Part shown: one piece after another, positions 10,201 to 15,585 of the stretch
Layout: the number at the start of each line of letters is the position of its first letter
Numbering within the stretch: position 1 is the stretch's first letter
Program-made: the position numbers and the translations under genes
Notes under the pieces: generated by a model
Database searches by the model: none
Seen by the model: the letters and a program-made list of their open reading frames with translations, nothing else
Told to the model about the DNA's origin: nothing
Source of the DNA: Candidatus Saccharimonadota bacterium
GTDB lineage: Bacteria; Patescibacteriota; Saccharimonadia; Saccharimonadales; UBA10212
Assembly (NCBI GenBank): GCA_028288985.1
Contig: JAQGHE010000007.1
Coordinates: 1 to 24,000, forward strand
Length of the DNA stretch: 24,000 nt
Direction: 5' to 3'

Positions 10201-10979
10201 GCAGCACCAATATCCAGCAGGTTCTCAAAGATAAGAATATCCCCGATAGCGAACTGACTTGGGATTTAGTTACTAATTCTGACAGCTGGTACCAATACGT
10301 CTACAGCAAGACAGACAACGACAGCCTAGCCCAACAGATATATAACTGTGCTCTGCTGGATACTTCTATCAGGGGCGGCCTTGGCAACTTATATGGCTAC
10401 ACCTCCGATAACGGCTTGAATGATTCGGCCGCGCCCTCGGCTGCTACTCAAGTAGCAGCCGGATCAGTGGATATGGCCAGTCTGTTTAATGACTCGCAGA
10501 GTGTCGCCTGTGCGCCAAACACTAAGGATTTGGGCATTCAAGATGGCTACCACACCGGTCAGCTGGTAAAAATCCGGATTTGTTCCGTGCCTGCGGTCCC
10601 CAGCACTTCCCAAGAAAGCAATGGGGGTTTTGGAGTAAGCGGAGCCGGAGGAGGGGTAGTGGTTAATTCCAGGGTCTCGGGAGCAGTCTATGCTATGGCT
10701 CAGGCCGCTAAAGCCAGCGGGGTTTCGCTTACGGCCACCAGCGGATTCAGGACTATGTCCCATCAGCAGTCGCTATGTCCTTGCGACGGCGTGAGGGTAG
10801 GCCTGCCTGGCTATTCCAATCACCAGATGGGATTGGCTATTGATTTTGGCGATCTGCCATCAACTCCGGGTCCTGTACCGGGCAATACCGTCTGGGCGTG
10901 GCTAAGCGGCAACGCTGACAAGTTCGGTTATAAAAATTACCAAGCCGAAGCCTGGCATTGGTCCCCGACCGGCAATTAA
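7203..10979 (+). CDS. Giant bitopic T4SS-associated protein: disordered cytoplasmic N-terminus, one TM, large extracytoplasmic region, C-terminal peptidase M15 (VanY/D-Ala-D-Ala carboxypeptidase-like) cell-wall hydrolase domain
   Basis: The ~280-aa N-terminus is S/N/Q/P/G-rich low complexity (7203..~8040). A single TM, ALLGLISVALVGGLLSFGSFFSTF, lies at ~8041..8110. The C-terminal motifs are SGFRTMSHQQSL, SNHQMGLAIDF (H-x6-D at 10821..10844) and AEAWHWSP (His at 10956..10958). Together these give the H/D/H zinc-ligand pattern of the VanY/M15B family. Confidence 0.75.
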   Translation: MANVTLDPRQQGNSSQNSGGRGRRTRIRLKANVETETKIDSATPVSSSSTQNAPAINANSPAPEPAPSAPSSYGNMQPAQSPYDSPGSQTSEPWGGSKNKSEDGPAETGRGDQNTGRADNQEATQSNNQSVPNTAQSNPNMGQSQPTAGTRESGEDDKNTSYGSQGASPNSGGGGESNDTTADPQKPGSQTSASDINESTYDTPGNQPSKADDAQPSGNSNPESEGKQSASPRENLAKEEAAAAGFNYSGGSGHENKVGKGYNKSPLAKNRLGFFGQRRALLGLISVALVGGLLSFGSFFSTFKLNGIMENVSARTFARLNGVEDRRSQAWTRAYIQMRLMDWGNNPDMTPGKEENALFRASRVNHGFTINQLALDWYRTLRTSSFEQDVFEKHGIKFTSVFTADGKVRPGIININGEKTMIEPGKDIPIADYEGIANGNIKVLNKYQAMLDTKVFANDKSARKEIKAVVDNNTHHWQVFQRRQIRKSIQNMTGVRNWRFFEKTRNKIDDSKIKIRNNIIAAAIPESTKSGKFVRCLFGISSCTFSEDPADPQNQSNRDLAGNSTTNPGDSVKEIDPSTGKTIDSKVVIDLQPAADMVKKVTADILQKAAPVINALNIVSTLDSLKGIDKAIQNNDISKSVAVARGIQAMGLYQVFQTASDQLKTGQVNGQQVNEFMKVIGPAASSEGYTKVIAGSGDGTPFTALGWPKSVNAAADPTKLTDSDKAKFYCTPENQAKLQKDPSLADKDPRFSFAYLCPDKQIGSSTNANKIQTAYNSSIGGVIHPLLTAYGKVRDIPLLGDLLSLANNMLGRLSGLATSTIKPILSALGISDDITKFMEYVTLKITAFLGAGPIMSGTEQAGVFINWVIQGGAYSAEASSRANGASLTTPQSMAESTLALNGYLQDKNSQTSVATKLFSLSNPDSLAYRASFAISDLSLSNISNRLVGFASGFGSIFGLAFHHAAAAAPSGYAASNFAGIHTFDFPSQCYGDPLLATPQSSTNIQQVLKDKNIPDSELTWDLVTNSDSWYQYVYSKTDNDSLAQQIYNCALLDTSIRGGLGNLYGYTSDNGLNDSAAPSAATQVAAGSVDMASLFNDSQSVACAPNTKDLGIQDGYHTGQLVKIRICSVPAVPSTSQESNGGFGVSGAGGGVVVNSRVSGAVYAMAQAAKASGVSLTATSGFRTMSHQQSLCPCDGVRVGLPGYSNHQMGLAIDFGDLPSTPGPVPGNTVWAWLSGNADKFGYKNYQAEAWHWSPTGN

Positions 10980-10986
10980 ACCGCTA

Positions 10987-11015
10987 TTGCTTTTCCTTAT
11001 AAAATATGCTATTAT
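10987..11015 (+). promoter_or_regulatory. Candidate sigma70-type promoter with extended -10 (TTGCTT-17 nt-TATTAT; TGCTATTAT at 11007..11015)
   Basis: TTGCTT at 10987..10992, a 17-nt spacer, then TATTAT at 11010..11015 preceded by TGc. It lies in the AT-rich gap immediately after the M15-protein stop and upstream of the high-GC ORF. An overlapping alternative is TTAAAC (10976..10981)-18 nt-TAAAAT (11000..11005). Confidence 0.4.
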
Positions 11016-11104
11016 AGCGTAGTTCCTCGGTTCTAGCTAGCCCCCAAGGGCCAAGCTTCCGAGAGAACGTTCTTCCCGACAATCTACGCGTGAAAGGTGA
11101 GACG

Positions 11105-11590
11105 ATGCGCCGCAAGCGGACATTCGTTCTTCTGGTCATGAGCTTTGCAGCCATGACCGCAGTGTTCGGCGCCGCCACCGGCAGCGCCGCCACGACCTCG
11201 AAGAAGTTCAGCGTGACTCCCGTCTTGAGCAAACTTCCGGACGGGACCATCAAGGTTGTCCTCACCCTCAAGTACGACGGCCCCGGTAACTCCGGTCGGA
11301 TCTCCGTCGTCTACTCGAGCTTCGCTACGAGACCGTGGCATGTCCAGACGGTCCACCCCCTCATGGGTTCGCTGAAGGCCCGCGGCTACCAGTCGCGGCA
11401 CAACCCAAGTATGCCGGACTACGAAGTGATGGTGATCGGCGGGATCAACTCCGGCGACACCACTAGCGTCTCGGCGCTCTACAGGCTCCCCTTTAAGGGT
11501 GAGTTCTTCCTGAACTTCTTCAGCTGTCCGCTGAAGTACTACAAGAGCGACCCCAAGACCTACTGCGTGACCCAACTATTCCACATCTAA
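11105..11590 (+). CDS. Small secreted protein of unknown function in a compositionally foreign (high GC3) cassette
   Basis: ATG at 11105 is preceded by GAAAGGTGAG (SD-like); the GTG at 11090 in the ORF track is less likely. The N-terminus MRRKRTFVLLVMSFAAMTAVFGAATGSAA is a classic Sec signal peptide with A-x-A-like cleavage. The mature ~135 aa has two Cys (FSCPLKYYKSDPKTYC). Codon third positions are strongly G/C, and two hairpins follow the stop. I recognise no family. Confidence 0.75.
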   Translation: MRRKRTFVLLVMSFAAMTAVFGAATGSAATTSKKFSVTPVLSKLPDGTIKVVLTLKYDGPGNSGRISVVYSSFATRPWHVQTVHPLMGSLKARGYQSRHNPSMPDYEVMVIGGINSGDTTSVSALYRLPFKGEFFLNFFSCPLKYYKSDPKTYCVTQLFHI

Positions 11591-11602
11591 GTCGGGAAGA
11601 GT

Positions 11603-11624
11603 CCGCCGCCCTCCGGGGCGGCGG
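11603..11624 (+). terminator. GC-rich perfect hairpin (CCGCCGCCC-TCCG-GGGCGGCGG) without a U-tract
   Basis: A 9-bp all-G/C stem with a 4-nt loop, 13 nt after the stop at 11590. It resembles the tail-less I-shaped terminators common in high-GC Actinomycetota. Confidence 0.5.
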
Positions 11625-11643
11625 CACTCCCAAGTACGAGACG

Positions 11644-11669
11644 ACCCGCTAACAGCGGGTTTTTTGTTT
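11644..11669 (+). terminator. Rho-independent terminator (ACCCGC-TAACA-GCGGGT followed by TTTTTGTTT)
   Basis: A 6-bp GC-rich stem (11644..11649 / 11655..11660) is immediately followed by a T-run at 11661..11669. Confidence 0.8.
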
Positions 11670-11694
11670 ATAACACCTTAGGGCATGATAAAAT
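11664..11694 (+). promoter_or_regulatory. Candidate promoter with extended -10 (TGaTAAAAT) placed 6 nt before the ATG at 11701, implying a leaderless mRNA
   Basis: TTGTTT at 11664..11669, TG at 11686..11687 and TAAAAT at 11689..11694. A 6-nt spacer (ACGCTT) precedes ATG 11701. There is no SD-like purine tract before this ATG. Confidence 0.45.
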
Positions 11695-11700
11695 ACGCTT

Positions 11701-13005
11701 ATGCTAAAAGAAGGGCGCCGCAGAGCTTCGTGTGCATTGCTGACTCTTCTTTTTTTATGCCTATATATATTTTCTCCCGTTGCCAGCGCCATAAATGCTG
11801 ACGCTATAAAAGCCCTGCAGACGCCGTTTTATGACCCCAACGATAGCATTAGTTGCGGCTCGGCGGCAGTAGGATCAGTTGCTTCGCAGAAGAACATAGA
11901 CTATGCCGGGAGGCCTATTCTTAACCAGGGAATGCTGAAGGCTCTTGCTGAGAACCAGCCGGTTTACGTGCAGGCGGCGGACGCGGCCGGGATCCCTTGG
12001 CAGGCTTTAGCGGCGCTGCACTACCGGGAGCACAGCCTCATCGCCGACTCGCCGAACTCTGACGGAGCCTATCAGATAGTGGGCGGAAAGTACCCTGTGG
12101 GCAATCTGACAAAAGAGCAGTTTTTGGCCCAAAGCATTGATGCCGCTAACTTCATCAAACAGAAAGAGCCGGATTTAACCACAAGCCCCGCGGCAGCAAC
12201 CATAAAGAATGCCTTCGCCCTATATAACGGTTTGCCCGCTTTGTATAAAAGCCAGGCGGTAGCACTCGGATTCAAGGATTCTCAAGGCTATGAGGGCTCT
12301 CCGTATGTCATGAATATAGCAGACGCGCGGAGGGATAACAGCGCAGTGGGGGCTAACCCTAACACATGGCTGCAGTATAGAAGCGCTTCAATTACGGCGC
12401 CGGCCACCAATGACCAATATGGAGCATTTATGGTATACGCCAGCTTGGCCGGGCTGGCTGCTGACGGCGGAGCGTGCGTAGCCAGTACCTGCAGCAACGG
12501 ACCGAGTAATGCCAGCCAGGGATTAAGCCAGGTGCGTCAAAACGTGGTCTGCCTGACTCTGCAGGAGCTGCAAAAATGGGATGTACACAGCGGCAAACTA
12601 ACGCCTGGCAGCGGGTACCTTACATACAGCCAGGATCGCCACGAAGACTGGTGCGCCGACTTCGCCAGCTGGATATACAAACAGGCCGGCTACCCCTTTG
12701 GTGACGGAAACGCTTGGGGCATCCCGGGCGTAGCCAACATCCAGGCGCTAGGGGAGAAGGACAAGAATTTCCATTGGCACCCGGTTGGGACATATGGTCC
12801 CCAGCCCGGAGACCTGGCCATCCACGGCGACAACCACGGCGACTACCACGTGAACCTAGTTACCGGTGTCAACGGTGTCCACCTAACCCTGATCGGGGGC
12901 AACCAGGGCGGGTCCAGCGGCTTTGAAACATCAAGAGTGACAACCTATACGTCTTCGGATTTAACTGACGGAGGCGACATAACGGGCTTTGTGTCGCCGG
13001 AATAA
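11701..13005 (+). CDS. Secreted peptidoglycan hydrolase: C-terminal CHAP domain, possible N-terminal lytic-transglycosylase (SLT)-like region (TraG/PrgK/CwlT-type T4SS hydrolase)
   Basis: Signal peptide MLKEGRRRASCALLTLLFLCLYIFSPVASA. CHAP signature HEDWCADFASWIYKQAGYP (Cys codon 12652..12654) ... GDLAIHGD ... GDYHVNLV (His codon 12847..12849) ... LIGGNQG. The N-terminal half has GIPWQALAALHYREHS...DGAYQIVG (~11989..12090), which loosely recalls the SLT E-S ... G-x-x-Q pattern. This second domain is tentative. Confidence 0.75.
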   Translation: MLKEGRRRASCALLTLLFLCLYIFSPVASAINADAIKALQTPFYDPNDSISCGSAAVGSVASQKNIDYAGRPILNQGMLKALAENQPVYVQAADAAGIPWQALAALHYREHSLIADSPNSDGAYQIVGGKYPVGNLTKEQFLAQSIDAANFIKQKEPDLTTSPAAATIKNAFALYNGLPALYKSQAVALGFKDSQGYEGSPYVMNIADARRDNSAVGANPNTWLQYRSASITAPATNDQYGAFMVYASLAGLAADGGACVASTCSNGPSNASQGLSQVRQNVVCLTLQELQKWDVHSGKLTPGSGYLTYSQDRHEDWCADFASWIYKQAGYPFGDGNAWGIPGVANIQALGEKDKNFHWHPVGTYGPQPGDLAIHGDNHGDYHVNLVTGVNGVHLTLIGGNQGGSSGFETSRVTTYTSSDLTDGGDITGFVSPE

Positions 13006-13014
13006 GGAGATTTT

Positions 13015-13419
13015 ATGTATGACAATCGCCGAAAGAAAATGATAATCGCAGTTGGAGCGGTAGTGTTGGTGTTGATTGCCGGGGCTCTTATTGCAGTCCG
13101 TGGCAACAATCATGCGAAAGACCCTCTCCAGCAGCAGCAGGAGAAGTTCGATAAAACAGCTACGGCTGATCCGATTCTTAACTATCTGCCATATGGGGAC
13201 CTTGGCTACAATATCGTGCCCACCTTCATGGACAAGGATGGTAAACGAATCCTGGTTCTAAACGTATCAGTGATTCTGGCGGGAGCGGATTACAAGCTGC
13301 CGGCGGCGGCTCTTGATAAATTAATCGCTCAGCGGGAGCAGGACGCGCTTTCCTATATAAAATCATCCGGGTTCGATACCAACAAATACACGATTAGCTA
13401 TGAGGTGCCCGCTCACTAG
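13015..13419 (+). CDS. Small N-terminally membrane-anchored protein, last gene of the T4SS-like operon, function unknown
   Basis: Strong SD AAGGAG 7 nt upstream. One TM (MIIAVGAVVLVLIAGALIAV) is followed by a ~100-aa soluble domain. I recognise no family. Confidence 0.7.
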   Translation: MYDNRRKKMIIAVGAVVLVLIAGALIAVRGNNHAKDPLQQQQEKFDKTATADPILNYLPYGDLGYNIVPTFMDKDGKRILVLNVSVILAGADYKLPAAALDKLIAQREQDALSYIKSSGFDTNKYTISYEVPAH

Positions 13420-14483
13420 TCTTTTTGAAGCGGTATGATCCTATGGTTGCCGGTAGCAAAATAGTCCACTACTGTATCGGCATCTGTGGTGGTAATTATT
13501 GTTTGACGGTCTTTTAAGAATTCCACCAAGGCCTTGCGGCGGGCGCCGTCCAGCTCTGAGAAAACGTCGTCCAGCAGGAATATCGGCGAGATGCCGCGCG
13601 ATCTCTCTATCAAATCGAGTTCATATACCTTTAGAGCCAGCATTAAGCTGCGGTTTTCGCCGCGGGATGCCGTAATATTCGCCGGTTGGGCGGCGATATC
13701 GACAGCAAAGTCTTCCCGGTGCGGACCATGCCCGGTAAAACCTCTTTCAAAATCAGCTTGCGCCGTGGCTTCCAGTTTTGACAGCATCCGGCTGCCGTAA
13801 TTATCGGCGGGGAATTGGCTTTTATATTCAAGGCTCACTTTGGTTTTACTGTGGGCAATTTGGCTATACGTCGCACTAAGATTTTTATTAATATCATCGG
13901 TTAGTTCCTGGCGGGCTCTGGCAATCAACTCTCCCAGCTCGCTCAGGCGGATATCCCAGGCGAATAGCTGCTGCTGGCCATACCCGGGGCCTCGTTTTAG
14001 TAGGGCATTACGCTGAGCCAGCGTCCTTTTGTAGTTATTGGCGAGAGGTTTAAACTGTGGGCGGCTGCGGGCCAGCAAATCATCCATATAGTCGCGGCGG
14101 GCATCCGGGCCGCGCGTAATAAGCTGAAGGTGGTTGGGCTCAAAATATACGACTGGCACCGTTTTATCCAAGCCCACGCGTTTATAAGTCTTTTCATCGA
14201 ACAGGTAGGTCTTTTCCAGAGATCCTTCTCGGTACTCTATCTTCAGAGACCTGGTGGATTTATCGAAGTAGCCATCCAGCCGGGTCCAGGGTTTTTTGAA
14301 CTTGATCAGCTCCGGGTCGCGGGCGCGGTAAGAGCTTCCCTCGCACAATACCAATACGGCCTCCATTAGGTTGGTCTTGCCGCTGGCGTTAGGGCCGACG
14401 ATGATGTTAACACCAGGCTCGAACTCAAACGAGTCGTCGCGGTATGAACGGAAGTTCTGCAGACGGATACTGGTTATCATCAA
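13416..14483 (-). CDS. recF: DNA replication and repair protein RecF
   Basis: MMITSIRLQNFRSYRDDSFEFEPGVNIIVGPNASGKTNLMEAV (Walker A GPNASGKT), C-terminal LLDDVFSELD (Walker B/D-loop), and the conserved position after dnaN. Confidence 0.93.
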   Translation of the reverse strand: MMITSIRLQNFRSYRDDSFEFEPGVNIIVGPNASGKTNLMEAVLVLCEGSSYRARDPELIKFKKPWTRLDGYFDKSTRSLKIEYREGSLEKTYLFDEKTYKRVGLDKTVPVVYFEPNHLQLITRGPDARRDYMDDLLARSRPQFKPLANNYKRTLAQRNALLKRGPGYGQQQLFAWDIRLSELGELIARARQELTDDINKNLSATYSQIAHSKTKVSLEYKSQFPADNYGSRMLSKLEATAQADFERGFTGHGPHREDFAVDIAAQPANITASRGENRSLMLALKVYELDLIERSRGISPIFLLDDVFSELDGARRKALVEFLKDRQTIITTTDADTVVDYFATGNHRIIPLQKD

Positions 14484-14499
14484 GGTCTATTATGCGGGT

Positions 14500-15585
14500 T
14501 TAGCTGCGGAGCGGCATAATCAGATGCAGATAGCTGGGATCGCTTCCGCTGCGCAGGATGCAGGGCTCAAGCTTGCCGTTAAAACAAAACTCAATATCTT
14601 CGGTTGAGAAGGCGTTTAGAGCCTCTACCAGGTAACGGGAGTTCAGGGTGACCTCGCCGCCACCAGTTACTTCTGCGTCGGCTGTGGCGGTGTTCTCGCC
14701 GACCTGGGAGGCTATGGAATTGATACTAACCGACTTATCTTCAACTTTTATAGTTATGCTTCCGGCGCTTTCGCGGGCAAACAGGCTGGAGACCTTGGCG
14801 ATGTTCAGAAAGTCGGCTCTGGTTAGGCGGGCTGTGGTTTCAAACTTGGAGGGGATAAGTTTTTTGTAGTCCGGGTAGTTGCCCTCGATCAGGCGGGCCA
14901 CCAAGGTAACATCGCCGACCTGGAAGAGCACCTGCTGTTCGTCGTGGGTGACGGCCACTTCTTTATCGCCATCTGAAATTATCCTAAGCAGATCGGCCGC
15001 AGCACTAGCCGGGACCAGGAAGTTTATAGCTTCCTTGGACTTGCCAACTTTGCGCTCTGCCAGGCGGTAGCTGTCTGTGGCGGCCGCGATTACATTGCCA
15101 CCCTCAGCGTGGAAGTAGACGCCTGTCAGCACTGGACGGGCATCGTCATTACTGGCGGCCAGCACCACCTGCGAAAGGGCTTTTTTAAACTCTTTGGCAT
15201 CGATATTCCAGAGGTTGTCGCCTTTAATGGCCGGCATGACCGGGAAGTCTTCAGCCGGAATGCCGTTGATGGTGGAGTGGTATTTATCGGTGTTTATTTT
15301 TAGTTTATTCTCCGTTAACTCCAGATCCAAAACGCTGTCGGGCAGATTGCTGATAAAGTCCTGCATCAGCCGGGCAGGTACAGTGATGGCGCCGTTCTTT
15401 TCTATCTTGGAGCCGATAAAGTGGGTTATGGCTATATCCAGATTGGTGGCGGCTATACTGAGCCGGTTGTTCTCTGTTTTAAGCAAGACATTGGATAGGA
15501 TCGGCAGGGCATTACGAGAATTGGCGATACGGGCTACTGAACTAAGAGCTTTGGCTAGATTTTCCTGGGTGACCTGTAGCTTCAT
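14500..15585 (-). CDS. dnaN: DNA polymerase III beta sliding clamp
   Basis: MKLQVTQENLAKALSSVARIANSRNALPILSNVLLKTENNRLSIAATNLDIAI is a typical DnaN N-terminus. Length 361 aa, located between dnaA and recF. Confidence 0.95.
   Translation of the reverse strand: MKLQVTQENLAKALSSVARIANSRNALPILSNVLLKTENNRLSIAATNLDIAITHFIGSKIEKNGAITVPARLMQDFISNLPDSVLDLELTENKLKINTDKYHSTINGIPAEDFPVMPAIKGDNLWNIDAKEFKKALSQVVLAASNDDARPVLTGVYFHAEGGNVIAAATDSYRLAERKVGKSKEAINFLVPASAAADLLRIISDGDKEVAVTHDEQQVLFQVGDVTLVARLIEGNYPDYKKLIPSKFETTARLTRADFLNIAKVSSLFARESAGSITIKVEDKSVSINSIASQVGENTATADAEVTGGGEVTLNSRYLVEALNAFSTEDIEFCFNGKLEPCILRSGSDPSYLHLIMPLRS

Noticed and set aside
11033-11091. NheI/HindIII/AclI/MluI-type hexamers clustered in the cassette leader, which could be a cloning scar or engineered polylinker
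   Set aside because: The encoded protein is not any marker or reporter I recognise. The cassette has natural-looking terminators and a flanking imperfect direct repeat, and the enrichment (about 4 versus about 1 expected) is modest. I kept it only as a low-interest palindrome observation.
11105-11190. Twin-arginine (Tat) signal in MRRKRTFVLL
   Set aside because: The RR is at residues 2-3 with no preceding S/T, and the following residues do not fit the S/T-R-R-x-F-L-K consensus. The hydrophobic core looks Sec-like. This cannot be decided without a predictor.
11084-11575. 163-aa minus-strand ORF covering the high-GC cassette
   Set aside because: It is a shadow ORF typical of high-GC DNA. The plus-strand frame carries the G/C third-position bias, an SD-like GAAAGGTGAG, a clean signal peptide and downstream terminators. 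The minus-strand product is a low-complexity G/A/V/R/H-rich sequence with no start context.
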